NCBI RefSeq assembly: GCF_006345805.1
Contig: NC_042998.1
Span: 1,240,001 to 1,304,000, forward strand
Reading direction: 5' to 3'
DNA length: 64,000 nt
Source: Octopus sinensis
Lineage: Eukaryota
Position numbers and translations under genes: made by a program. Shown here in pieces: positions 27,152 to 40,302 of the stretch (position 1 is its first letter; every line of letters begins with the position of its first letter). Below the pieces are notes generated by a model. The model did no database searches. It had not been told where the DNA came from and saw only the letters and a program-made list of their open reading frames with translations.

Positions 27152-27186
27152 AAGACGGAACGAGAATCTCTAATATTGTTTCCTGA
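27152..27186 (+). CDS. Candidate terminal exon, (E/K)DGTRISNIVS*
   Basis: Acceptor tcagttttcag homologous to that at 21782; TGA immediately followed by AATAAA (27187-27192). Confidence 0.3.
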
Positions 27187-27442
27187 AATAAATATTTAAG
27201 AAATGAAGAGAAATAAAAGATAATGCTTAAAGATTTGGTCAGGTAGGTGTAGCAAAAACTGTTTAGTTATAATATTGCAGTTATAAGGAATAGTGAAGGA
27301 GAGTTTGCAAACAACTATTTTGGCGTTATTTTCACTCCGGAACTTAAAAGGAGGGAAAAAAACAATAACCTCAACTTTTTATTTATGTGTTTCGGTTAGT
27401 TTGTGTGTGTCTGCAGACGCCAGGGTAGTCGATCCCATCCTC

Positions 27443-27822
27443 TTGTCATCATCATCATCGTCGTCGTCATTATCATCATCATCATCATCAGCAGCAGCAG
27501 CAGTAGAGGCAGCAGCAGCAGTAGTAATAACAGCAATAGCAACAGCAGTAACGGCAGCAGCATCGTCTTTGTCATCGGCGTCCTCACAGACATAGTCACC
27601 AGCATCACCACCGCCTCCACAACCACCACTGCTACATCACCATCACCATCCTCATCATCAGCAGCAGCAGCAGCGGACGCAGCAGTCGCAGTACTGGCAG
27701 GATAGTCGTCATTGTCGAATTCGTCACCACCACCACCACTACCACTAGCTCCATCACAACTACCATCTTCACCACAACAACAACCACCACCTCACACACC
27801 ATCACCATCGTCCTCATCATTT
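27443..27822. repeat. Compound (CAT/CAG/CAC)n tract
   Basis: Direct reading. Confidence 0.9.
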
Positions 27823-27919
27823 ATATTTGTTTTGCTCTAATTTTTGACACACATTTTGGAGACAGATGAAATTTCCTTTTCATGCAGCGTAGAAAAGCTG
27901 TAGTAATTGCGTTTTCCTT

Positions 27920-28011
<92 letters not shown>

Positions 28012-28397
28012 GCACACACACACACATTTATATACATATATACATATGCACACACACACTCATACACACACAAGCACACACACACACATATATATACATA
28101 TATATATATATACATATATATATACATATGTACATATGTATTGTATGTATATACTTATGACTGTACGTATGTATATAATTTTACATATTTGTTTGCGTGT
28201 ACACATGTATGTGTGTGTATACATGTATAACGAATGCCACATTAATGAATAAAGCGGCAAAATACAAGGAGGCATTAGGAAAGCGTCAGATTGCAAAGAA
28301 GTTGAAACTTACATTGTATTACACGATTGCATCAGGTTGTCTCCTGAACATCAACTCTCAAATAACTGCCATCTTTCGGTTAATCGTTTCAACTTAC

Positions 28398-28465
28398 TTC
28401 CTCTTCTTCTAATTTACAGATAACATCGTAGATTTGGCACCACTGTATTACTTTGTTAACCACAT
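28398..28465 (-). CDS. Candidate exon (phase 1 to 0), DVVNKVIQWCQIYDVICKLEEEE
   Basis: Acceptor ttatatgcag, donor GAA|gtaagt, open frame, phase-compatible with 37640-37668. Confidence 0.45.
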
Positions 28466-28599
28466 CTGCATATAATACACAGGCTATTTCTTTAAATGCG
28501 ATTTCACTTTTCCTTTCTTTCTTTTTTTTTGTTAAATTTCATAATACTGCATTATATTCGCAGTAGCTACATATCACACTGGATGCATATGTGTGTGTG

Positions 28600-28631
<32 letters not shown>

Positions 28632-29464
28632 GATCAGGATTCAAGTGTATCAGGTACTTAATGGAAGGCACCGGATCGAGTCGAAAAGGAAAATGTTTAC
28701 ACAACAAATATAGATGAATATATATGAGGCGGCCGAAGTACAGGCAGAAGGATATTCGGGTTATATATACAATTAACTGTACCCGACTGAGTATAGTAAT
28801 AGCTCTGAGGTTAATTAAGAGACGCACATTGTAATAAATGTACGGTCCATATTTTACTTCAGATTTATGCAAGGAGCAGGTTCTGATAAAGGCGATAATA
28901 AACGAATAAATAACAACAGATGGGTAATGTATCAATTCACTACAGCTGTTTCCAACGAATTTTGTAATTGATTGGTGGAGACATTACATCATTAGAAAAA
29001 CACTTTTTCCATCGCATGAATACATGAACGACGACATTCAAATACATTGCAAACACAGTTGGATAGAATAAGTACCAGGCTTAAAATAAAAAATTCTTCA
29101 AGGAGTTTTACTCCATCATGGCCACAGTCTAACAATGACTGAGGCAAGTAAAAGATACAAGATGAAAGACTGCTTATGTAACTGCCAACAACTCCACAAA
29201 CATCTCCAACAGATTAGACATTAGCACCTGACTTCCACCCCGTATTACCATTACTTATAAAAACCAGAATAATTACCTCTACGTTCCTCTTGTATCGCAC
29301 TTCTCCACCATTACAACTGTCACTGCTACGATATACAGTAATCCCTCGGATATCGCGGGTTTTACGTTCCAACCCCGCCCTCCGCGATAGGTCAAAATCT
29401 GCAATGTAGAAACAGTACTATATCGTATATTTTTATTATTATTTTTATAATTTGTATATTTTTT

Positions 29465-29644
29465 CTCTCTAGTTTCAGCTCAGAGCTGCGGTCATGCTGA
29501 TGCACTGCCGTTAAAAAATGTGTGACCCTTACAGCACCTGAGTTTCCCAAGCGGTCACCCATCTAAGTACTAACTAGACTCGACGTTACTTAACTTCGGT
29601 GATCGGACGAGAACCGCTGCTTTCAACGTGATATGGCAGTAAGC
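29465..29644 (-). mobile_element. 5S-rRNA-headed retroposon (SINE3-like): full 5S plus LINE-type tail
   Basis: The 5S sequence is followed within about 15 nt by GGCAGTGCATCAGCATGACCGCAGCTCTGAGCTGAAAC, homologous to the SINE A and CR1 tails. Confidence 0.7.
29526..29644 (-). rRNA. Full-length 5S rRNA copy (probably retroposed, non-functional)
   Basis: GCTTACTGCCATATCACGTTGAAAGCAGCGGTTCTCGTCCGATCACCGAAGTTAAG..TTAGTACTTAGATGGGTGACCGCTTGGGAA..GGTGCTGTAAG; single copy, no oligo-T terminator directly after it. Confidence 0.9.
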
Positions 29645-30624
29645 AATATATTTATTTTTTTATAAATGCAAAGCAACACCACACTCGTTTCCCAAGTCTC
29701 GTTTTCCTTACAGTATGTGCGATTCCTTGTTTACTCATCTACAGTACATCACGTATTTTCTTTTAATATTATACCGTATTTTTATTTTAACATTTACCGT
29801 ATTTTTATTTATTAATTCATTAACTTTTAGGCGTGAAATTGCTTATATTACCACAGAAATAATTAAAATCTAAAAAAATATAAATACCTATCGGCCGCAA
29901 AAACCCGCGATGTACTGAGGAGTTCACGATATAAATTTACATATATTAGCCAGAAAAATCCGCGATGTACTGAGGGCGCGATAGGCGAACCGCGATATGG
30001 CAAGTGATTACTGTAAATAAATGTATGGAACCATACTTAAGAAACTAGGAGAGAGTTGCTCAAACAGCAAAAATGTAATTGACGTATCATTTTCTAATCA
30101 AACATTATAATTAAATGGGTGAAGGACACATTTCACAGAGTATCCTTAGCTATACTCTATCTGGGAAAAAATGCTGAGTTAGTTCTTGTAGCAAAACAGC
30201 ATAATCCATCATCGTGTGATAAAGACCAGCAACACACGACATGAGGAATAACTAAAACCGTATAAACCATAAACATACGCAATATGAAGGGGTTTAATTT
30301 CATGGTGAAAAAGTTTTAAAGACAAAAAGAGGGTCTAAAATATGAGAATATATAAAGCTAACTCGAAAAGTAAGCTGAATATAAAGAAACTACCAATTGT
30401 AATCGATTTATTAATATTTATTGGATACTAACGTGGAAATAGACATTCAAATCGATAGTCATTGTTATGTTTCGATTTTTAATTATGAATTAAATTTCAA
30501 GTCAGGATCAATAGCCTAGAAACATGAATGAAATTAACAGTAATTTGGAATATTTCAAATTAAAGAATAGAGACATATTTTGTATAATTATATAATTATA
30601 TGTACAGTTATATGAATGTGATTG

Positions 30625-30657
<33 letters not shown>

Positions 30658-30909
30658 TGTGTGTGTGTGCGTGTGTACACTCACTAGCTTTCACACACAC
30701 GTACGTAGGTGCGCATATATGCGTTTATATGTGTGTGCGTATATGTGTTTATGTAAGCGCAGGCGTGGCTATGTGGTGAGGATTTTGCTTCCAAATTGCA
30801 TGGTTCTGGCTTCAGTCGTACTGCGTGGCACTTTGGACAAACCGTATTAGTGGATTTGGTAGACGAAAACTGAAAGAAGTACATCGTATGTGTGTGTATG
30901 TGTGTGTGT

Positions 30910-30946
<37 letters not shown>

Positions 30947-31396
30947 GTGCACGCACACACTTTCACATACATATACGGACACACATATATAAAGCATTGA
31001 ATACAACTAGAGACAAGTTAATATAAAAATATGTAAATATAATAGAATAAAAATTTCAAAAAGAAGGAATGAAAAATAGATTGTGTATTATTTGATGCAA
31101 TGAGTTTTTGAATTTTAAGCTTATATACAATGCAATATGTAACACTAAACTCGCAAAGCCATACCTTTGCACATCTCGCAGTTCTGAAGCGTTTAATACA
31201 ATTGGTTATTTCATTGAATTTTTGGGCTCGTATTTTTGAAATGTATCTCAACTTTACTTTTATGCCTAATGCTTTTATAACCCTTATTTTTTATAATCTC
31301 TTCATGTACATGGTTTAATAAGTGCATAGCATTTGTCTGCCTGTCAATAATTTTCCCAATAGGTATCATGTCTGCATTAATATTTGTTCAATAAAG

Positions 31397-31980
31397 AAGG
31401 CGGCAAGCTGGCAGAGTGGTTAGCACGCTGGGCGAAACGCTTAACAGTATTTCGTCTGCCGGTCCGTTCTGAGTTCAAATTCCACCAAGGTCGACTTTGC
31501 CTTTTATCCTTTAGGGTCGATTAAATAAGTGCCAGTTATGCGCTGGGGTCTATATAATCGACCGAATCCCTTTGTCTGTCCTTGTTTCTCCCCTCTCTAT
31601 GTAACCCCTTGTGGGCAGTAAAGAAATAAGAAACGTTAGTACGCCGGGTGAAATACTTAGCGGTATTTCGTCTGCCTTTACGTTCTGAGTTCAAATTCCG
31701 CCGAGGTCGACTTTGCCTGTCATCCTTTCGGGTCGATAAATTAAGTACCAGTTATGCACTGGGGTCGATGTAATCGACTTAATCCGTTTGTTTGTCCCCT
31801 CTGGGTTTAGCCCCTCTGCGGGTAGTAAAGAAATAGGTATTTTGCCTGTCTTCACGTTCTGAGTTGCTTTTCATCCTTCGGGGTCGATAAATTAAGAACC
31901 ACTTGCGTACTGGGGTCGATCACATCGACTGGCCCCCCCCCCCAAATTTTGGGACTTGTGCCTAGAGTAGAAAAGAGTAT
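31397..31980 (+). mobile_element. Head-to-tail array of about three SINE B units (duplicated at 33322-33906)
   Basis: One full unit, then successively 5'-truncated units starting after AAAGAAATA. Confidence 0.85.
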
Positions 31981-32004
31981 TTGTTCAATATGAGTAAAGA
32001 GTAA

Positions 32005-32335
32005 AGACCCCCTTCGATTATGAATGTTCATGGAGTTTCACCGAGAAAGTTTCCCTCCAAAGCACAAGTCCGGGCAATGGGTTGTTTAGGGAATACCATC
32101 AGTTGCCCACGCATACCAGCCTCCTCCCTCCACGCCACTGATGTTATCCAAGACAAAAGGCAAAGGGGCCGATACAGCTTGGCACCAGTGCAGTCGCACC
32201 TCATTTCTACAGCTGAGTGAACTGAAGCAACGTGAAATAAAGTGTCTTGTCCAAGAACACAACACAACCTGGTTCGGGAATCGAACTCACGACCTCATGA
32301 TTGTGTGCACACCGCTCTAACCACTGAGCCATACG
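32005..32335 (-). mobile_element. tRNA-SINE family E (duplicated at about 33931-34262)
   Basis: Minus head ATGGCTCAGTGGTTAGAGC..GAGTTCGATTCCCG, then GTGTTCTTGGACAAGACACTTTATTTCACGTTGC. Confidence 0.8.
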
Positions 32336-34544
32336 CATGCGTACTTTTAACTGTTACTATACGAATGCTAGATATAATTTTTAAACATGGGTGTCTAAAT
32401 TCTGTTATGTGTATGTTCCATCTGTTTTCTTTTATTCGATAAAATCACTTACCAGACACACACACACACATTCACAGACACACATTCACAGACACACATT
32501 CACAGACACACGTACACACACACGCACAGACGCACACACTCATGCACTTATACACACACATACGCACGCGCGTATGTGTGTGTATAAGTGCATGACATTT
32601 GCAGAAAAGTTTATGCAGCTTTTACTATTTACTTGCTTTATTCATCTGAGTACGGCCATGCAGGAGCACCGCAATTAGTTGAAAAGAATTGATCCCAGGA
32701 CTTATTTACTTAAGCCTAGTACTTATTCTATCAGTTTTTCATGCTGAACTGCTAAGCTACAGGGACATAAACACACCAACACCGTTTGTCAAGCGATGGA
32801 GGGACAAAAACAAAATGACATACACACATAGGTGTGTGTGTGTGTGTGTGTTGTGTGTGTGTGTGTGTGCGGTGCACGCACACACTTTCACATACATATA
32901 CGGACACACATATATAAAGCATTGAATACAACTAGAGACAAGTTAATATAAAAATATGTAAATATAATAGAATAAAAATTTCAAAAAGAAGGAATGAAAA
33001 ATAGATTGTGTATTATTTGATGCAATGAGTTTTTGAATTTTAAGCTTATATACAATGCAATATGTAACACTAAACTCGCAAAGCCATACCTTTGCACATC
33101 TCGCAGTTCTGAAGCGTTTAATACAATTGGTTATTTCATTGAATTTTTGGGCTCGTATTTTTGAAATGTATCTCAACTTTACTTTTATGCCTAATGCTTT
33201 TATAACCCTTATTTTTTATAATCTCTTCATGTACATGGTTTAATAAGTGCATAGCATTTGTCTGCCTGTCAATAATTTTCCCAATAGGTATCATGTCTGC
33301 ATTAATATTTGTTCAATAAAGAAGGCGGCAAGCTGGCAGAGTGGTTAGCACGCTGGGCGAAACGCTTAACAGTATTTCGTCTGCCGGTCCGTTCTGAGTT
33401 CAAATTCCACCAAGGTCGACTTTGCCTTTTATCCTTTAGGGTCGATTAAATAAGTGCCAGTTATGCGCTGGGGTCTATATAATCGACCGAATCCCTTTGT
33501 CTGTCCTTGTTTCTCCCCTCTCTATGTAACCCCTTGTGGGCAGTAAAGAAATAAGAACGTTAGTACGCCGGGTGAAATACTTAGCGGTATTTCGTCTGCC
33601 TTTACGTTCTGAGTTCAAATTCCGCCGAGGTCGACTTTGCCTGTCATCCTTTCGGGTCGATAAATTAAGTACCAGTTATGCACTGGGGTCGATGTAATCG
33701 ACTTAATCCGTTTGTTTGTCCCCTCTGGGTTTAGCCCCTCTGCGGGTAGTAAAGAAATAGGTATTTTGCCTGTCTTCACGTTCTGAGTTGCTTTTCATCC
33801 TTCGGGGTCGATAAATTAAGAACCACTTGCGTACTGGGGTCGATCACATCGACTGGCCCCCTCCCCCCCAAATTTTGGGACTTGTGCCTAGAGTAGAAAA
33901 GAGTATTTGTTCAATATGAGTAAAGAGTAAAGACCCCCTTCGATTATGAATGTTCATGGAGTTTCACCGAGAAAGTTTCCCTCCAAAGCACAAGTCCGGG
34001 CAATGGGTTGTTTAGGGAATACCATCAGTTGCCCACGCATACCAGCCTCCTCCCTCCACGCCACTGATGTTATCCAAGACAAAAGGCAAAGGGGCCGATA
34101 CAGCTTGGCACCAGTGCAGTCGCACCTCATTTCTACAGCTGAGTGAACTGAAGCAACGTGAAATAAAGTGTCTTGTCCAAGAACACAACACAACCTGGTT
34201 CGGGAATCGAACTCACGACCTCATGATTGTGTGCACACCGCTCTAACCACTGAGCCATACGCATGCGTACTTTTAACTGTTACTATACGAATGCTAGATA
34301 TAATTTTTAAACATGGGTGTCTAAATTCTGTTATGTGTATGTTCCATCTGTTTTCTTTTATTCGATAAAATCACTTACCAGACACACACACACACATTCA
34401 CAGACACACATTCACAGACACACATTCACAGACACACGTACACACACACGCACAGACGCACACACTCATGCACTTATACACACACATACGCACGCGCGTA
34501 TGTGTGTGTATAAGTGCATGACATTTGCAGAAAAGTTTATGCAG

Positions 34545-34945
34545 CTTTTACTATTTACTTGCTTTATTCATCTGAGTACGGCCATGCAGGAGCACCGCAA
34601 TTAGTTGAAAAGAATTGATCCCAGGACTTATTTACTTAAGCCTAGTACTTATTCTATCAGTTTTTCATGCTGAACTGCTAAGCTACAGGGACATAAACAC
34701 ACCAACACCGTTTGTCAAGCGATGGAGGGACAAAAACAAAATGACATACACACATAGGTGTGTGTGTGTGTGTGTGTGTGTGTGGTGGCTTCTTTCAGTT
34801 TTCATCTACCAAATTCATTCACAAGGATTTTGTGAGTTCGAGATTATAGCTGAAGACACTTGCCCAAGCTACTAAGCTGTGAGACTGAACCAGGGACCAT
34901 ATGGCTGGAAAGCAAGCTTCTTACCACACGGCCATGCCTGTGCCT
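34545..34945 (-). mobile_element. SINE family A, complete (the copy at 32620-32830 has only the 3' half)
   Basis: Tail, body, internal (TG)n and head all present. Confidence 0.8.
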
Positions 34946-36524
34946 ATGCAATTATTTTAAGATACTTCAAGCATAATGACATGAGTAATGCTAAATACCT
35001 TTCTGAGATTCCGGATAATTGTAAAAAAAAATTCATTATAGAAAAAAAGAAACGTAATTTATTCGAGCTAGTCATGTGCATCGTCAGAAATGCAATAAAT
35101 CATTATATTAATTAGCGGCACAATAAGCAGCGTTAAATGAAATTTAGTTATGTAAAATCATATTTGGCCGGTTCCTGTACAGTCTAATATGGAACTTTTT
35201 CTTTTTTTAATCTTTAATCTTTAACTCGTTTCAGCCATTACACTGCGGTCATGCTGAGACACCGCTTTGAAGAATTTTTAGTCGAATGAATCAAACTAAA
35301 TACTTTTATTTTCTTTCAAGTCTGGTATTTATTCTATCGGTCACATTTGCCGAACTGCTAAGTTACGGGGACGTAAATACAGCAACACCGGTTGACAAGC
35401 GGTGATGGGGAAAACACACAGACACATACACACACATACACACGCGCACGCACACACATACATGCACAAAGTGTTGGCTAAAATTTCTATAAAAAGATCC
35501 GTAGAGATAACCTTAACAAGTGATGTAATAGCACTGCTAACACAGTAGTACAAGGTACTGACGTATAAAAACGTTTAATATACCGTATTTTAACTTGTAT
35601 AAGGAATCCTCGTATATAAGGATACCCCTAATTTTGAGGCTTCAAATTTGGAAAAAAGGTTTTGTAAAGAGATTATAATACTATCGATGTATAAGAAACT
35701 CCCATACTTTTTGAACATAATTTTTGACAAAAAGGGGTTCCTTATACCTGTTAAAATGCGGTACTTTGTAATATATCATAGCTGCATAACGAAATACCGT
35801 GTCCCTACATTGATATATATATATGTATTATTTATTTAAAGGGCATAATACATGTCTTTAGGTGCTACTCGTAGTTTCATATGTTGAGAAATATCTCAAA
35901 CATATTCATCAGGCACAAACCACATATTATAACGAACTGAAAAATTAAATAAGAGAAGAAAAGCGAAAGAAACAGAAGGCCGAGGGAATACTTTCTTTGT
36001 TGAATTTCCTATCACAGAACAGGACATTATATTGCCCGCGCGCGTGTTTGTATAAATATTTAAGTGCTGGGTACGTTCCTAGTAGTAAACCGATGAATCA
36101 CGTTCACAGTCAATAGCTACCTGACGTCATCCACGATATTTGCACCATCGTCGCTGGATCTTCCTCAGGGATTCGTTAGGGTACGTTGAATATATTACAA
36201 ATGATGGAAAATGAAATATACGAGAAAATTTATGACTCACAATGATCGTTTCCACGCACCTTACATTGATCTCTTGCGAGTGGGATTCCTGCTCGAAGGC
36301 TTAAACATACTGTCGCTAACGGCATGTTGTATTTGTTTAATGAGATAACCCTTATGGCATCACCCGAGGAGAAGCGTCTGCACCGACAGATGCACCACAA
36401 CAAGCTGCACAGTATCCGATCCGCGAGGGATCAATGCAAGATGCGTCGAAACGATCGTTGTGAGCAATAAAGTTACTCGTATATTCCATTTCCCGTCTCT
36501 GGCCCACCAAAGTCTTCTGAGTGG

Positions 36525-37140
<616 letters not shown>

Positions 37141-37639
37141 ACAAAAAGTTAACCTAAGATAGATTTGAACTCACAGCAGAGAATGCCGAAACGTTCACTG
37201 AAAAACAAATCTACCATTTTTACGACAGCGCCAGTCGCACACCCCACCCCACCCCACCCGCTTCTCTGTACATGAACATCTTAAATATGATAGTACATGA
37301 CTACATAACATATTGCTGTCAACTTTGCTAAATCTTTCAAGCCAGGAAACATATGTCATTCTACAAAGAAATTTAAAACATTGATTTCAATGTGTATAAT
37401 TTAATAGAGGTGTGTCCTTGGTGTTATGCACATAACTGGTTTTAGTAGTTACTATATAGTTGATATATTACTTTTAGATTTAAGTATTCTAATAGCAACT
37501 CTTTGTAACTAAGTTTTGTACTCTACCTTAAACCATTTAGAGTTGAATAATGGTGCTTATATATTCTTTTCCTGCTTAATTGCTTCTTGTAACATCAATA
37601 TTCGCTGTTCAACATTAAGATGTTAAATTGCTATGTTAC

Positions 37640-37668
37640 CAGACTTTCTCATTCGTTGGTCGATTGAT
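37640..37668 (-). CDS. Candidate micro-exon (phase 2 to 1), SIDQRMRKS
   Basis: Strong acceptor tgctttcctctgtttag, donor CTG|gtaaca; bridges the phases of 43210-43273 and 28398-28465. Confidence 0.4.
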
Positions 37669-38264
37669 CTAAACAGAGGAAAGCACAATTTTCTACTCAT
37701 TTGTATCAGCTTTATTGTCTTAATTTACGAAGACTTTTCACATCAACGGTCATTTGAGAATAACGTCTTTTGTTTAATAGAACTATATAAAAGTTACATA
37801 AATCATTTACACGATAATTAATTGTGACAGGATAAAGAAATCAACAATCATTGAATTTGAAAGGAATGAATATTTAAGAATCCTACACACGCAGCCTATT
37901 CACTGGAGATTCTGGTAATTCGTCTTCAATTCTAAACCACTATTTGGCAAGCTGAATGGTTGAGATAAACAAGCAACCAAACAACAGCAAGCCTCCATTA
38001 TGAAAATGGTCGAGAGAATTCGAGACAATAACGTTAATACACACAGCAATAATAAATGTATGGCCGTTAGAACGGAAAGTTAAAATTAGATGCTCTTTGG
38101 TTACTTCACCGCCGGAAGTTCAAATGCTTTTTGGGAATTTTTTTTGTTTCATCTTTCATTGATATTGTACGCAATAGTATTGCAGAATATTATAATTTGG
38201 TCAATTGAATATCATGTATGTATGTATGTATGTATGTATGTATGTATGTATGTATGTATGTATT

Positions 38265-38660
38265 TATTATTTTTCTTTTATTCTTTTACTTGTTTCAGTC
38301 GTTTGACTGTGGCCATGCTGGAGCACAGCCTTTAGTCGAGCAAAAATTTGTAAGCCTAGTACTTATTATATCGGTCTCTTTAGCCGAACCGCTAACTTAC
38401 TGGGACGTAAACACACCAGAATCGGTTGTCAAGCGATGTTGGGGGGACACACAAGCATACACACACATATATACATAAATATATACATGTATACGACGGG
38501 CTTCTTTCAGTTTCCGTCTACCAAATCTACTCACAAGGCTTTGGTCGGCCCGAGGTTATTAGCAGAAGACACACCTACCGAAGGTGCCACGCAGTGGGAT
38601 TGAACCCGGAACCATGTGGTTCATAAGCAAGCTACTTACCACACAGTCACTCCTACGCCT
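38265..38660 (-). mobile_element. SINE family A
   Basis: Full reverse-complement copy. Confidence 0.85.
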
Positions 38661-38781
38661 ATATGTATGTGTGTATATATATAACGGGAAGCTTTATGAA
38701 AATAAACAAAAGACGAAGGCAGGTGGAAAACAAACGAACAATTGTATTAGTATGGCGCTCAGGAAATATAAATAAAACAAG

Positions 38782-38819
38782 TCTTTAACGTTTCGAGCCT
38801 ACGCTCTTCAACAGAAAGA
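38782..38819 (-). ncRNA. Minimal type I hammerhead-like motif (core CUGUUGA)
   Basis: UCUUU-CUGUUGA-A-GAGC(GUAG)GCUC-GAA-ACGU-U|AAAGA: 5-bp helix I, palindromic ACGU helix III. Confidence 0.65.
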
Positions 38820-39002
38820 TACACAGAGAGAGAAAAACACAGAAAGAAGGAGAGAAAAAAAATGCGTGCAGTAGCTAACGAATCAACATGGCGATCTGAT
38901 TTCGGCCAGAGGTCAAAGATCAAACATGAGACGCGAGAGCGAAATAAGGGGAGATAATGGGGTTGATAAAAGGGTTGAGGGACCAGCTAAAAGTGCGTGG
39001 GA

Positions 39003-39052
39003 GGGGTCTGGATGTGTGTATGTATAGGGTTGGTGTATGTATTAGTATGTAT

Positions 39053-39093
<41 letters not shown>

Positions 39094-39330
39094 AGAGAGT
39101 ATTAGTGCGTAAGATTGGTCTGGACGTGCGTATGTATGGGGTTGGTGTATGTATTAGTATGTATTAGTATGTATTAGTACGTATTGGTATGTATAGGTGT
39201 GTGTGTGTGAGAGAGTATAAGTGCGTATGCGGGGTCTGGACGTGTGTATGTATAGGGTGGTGTAAGTATTAGTATGTACTAGTATGTATTACTACGTATT
39301 AGTATGTATTAGTTGGTGTGTGTATTAGTA
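39003..39330. repeat. Three diverged units of about 115 bp in the PLE 3' UTR
   Basis: GGTCTGGA(C/T)GTG..GTATGTAT.GGG.TGGTGTA recurs at about 39005, 39116 and 39232. Confidence 0.75.
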
Positions 39331-39669
39331 TGGCACATCATATGTGATGTGATGTGTAAAGTCATGTGGTGTAGTGAGGAGAAGAGGGGGAGGGGAGAAG
39401 AGGGGGGAGAGAAGGGGAGGGGAAGAGGAGGGGGAGGAGAATGGGGGAGAGGATAGGATGGGGGAGAAGGAAGGGGATGAGGGGGATGAAGGAGGAAAGA
39501 GGGGGAGAGAGAAGGGGAGAGAGGGAGTGAGGGAGCAGAGGGAAGGGGAAGAGGGAGGGAGAAAGAGGGAAGAAGGGAAGGGGAGTAGGGGTGAAAGGAT
39601 GAAGGACTGAAGAAGTAGGGGTCGGGGGAGAAAGGATAGGTGAGGAGGGGGTGAGGTTAGATGAGGAGG

Positions 39670-40270
39670 GGGGAGAGTTGAGACCAAATGGCGTATAAGA
39701 GCGAAGAGAGAAGATTAATTCCTGTTCACGGCGCAAACGGGAATCCGGATGGCCTCTGTGTAAGGACAAACCGAACACAGATAGGTGTTGCAAGGAGTGA
39801 CCGGTGGAGCGGAAATGGCGTGAGACGGTGTGTCGTTCGCAAGGTGGATGTCACGAAGGTGTTCCGCGAACCGGTCAGCCAAGCGGCGTCCCGTTTGTCC
39901 GATGTACAAGGAATTGCAGAGAGAGCAAGAGATGCAATAGATAATATTGCTGGAGGTGCAGGTGAAGGAGTGGATGATGGGATAGGGTCGATGGTGGGTG
40001 CTAGTGAGGCGGGTGGTGTTGGAGAGGTAAGGGCAAGTGCGGCAACGTGGGCGGGAGCAGGGGAGGTAGGGTCAGGGAAGGAGCTATGGACCAAAAGGTC
40101 TCGAAGGTTGTGGGCTCGTTTGAAAGAGGGGAGGGGTCGGTTAGAGAAGAGGTGTGAAGTGGACGGGTCGGACTGGAGATGACGGAAAGCTCGAAGAATG
40201 GTGCGTTGGAGACGTAGGGTCGTGGGGTGGTAAGTGAGGGGAAAAGGGAGGCGGGAGACTACAGGGCGGG
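39670..40270 (-). pseudogene. PLE polyprotein C-terminus: linker, Zn-knuckle and GIY-YIG endonuclease (2 frameshifts)
   Basis: RLPFPLTYHPTTLRLQRTILRAFRHLQSDPST..FKRAHNLRDLLVHS / PCSRPRCRTC..FTCTSSNIIYCISCSLCNSLYIGQTGRRLADRFAEHLRDI / HFRSTGHSLQHL..RLRREQELIFSLRSYTPFGLN. Confidence 0.9.
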
Positions 40271-40302
40271 TTCGGGGAGAGATACATATATATACATACA
40301 TA

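Larger units (their letters stand above)
29336..30013. mobile_element. Tigger/pogo-type MITE with TA target duplication
   Basis: TIRs CAGTAATCCCTCGGATATCGCGG and (reverse complement) CAGTAATCACTTGCCATATCGCGG; TA on both sides; subterminal CCGCGAT repeats. Confidence 0.85.
30944..34783. repeat. Tandem segmental duplication, 2 x about 1925 bp
   Basis: Identical ORFs offset by 1925-1926 (31018/32943, 32020/33946); only 1-nt differences seen; junctions lie in (TG)n tracts. Confidence 0.95.
38690..40275 (-). mobile_element. 5'-truncated Penelope-like retroelement (Neptune-type architecture) with long low-complexity 3' UTR and pLTR
   Basis: GIY-YIG ORF remnant at 39670-40270, hammerhead at 38782-38819, (TA)n/(TACA)n at both ends. 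Confidence 0.9.

Noticed and set aside
36180-36480. CpG-rich segment with short open frames
   Set aside because: All frames close quickly and no family motif was recognised.
37170-37200. GCAGAGAATGCCGAAACGTTC as a hammerhead
   Set aside because: It has a stem, GAAA and ACGU but no CUGANGA-like core or helix I.
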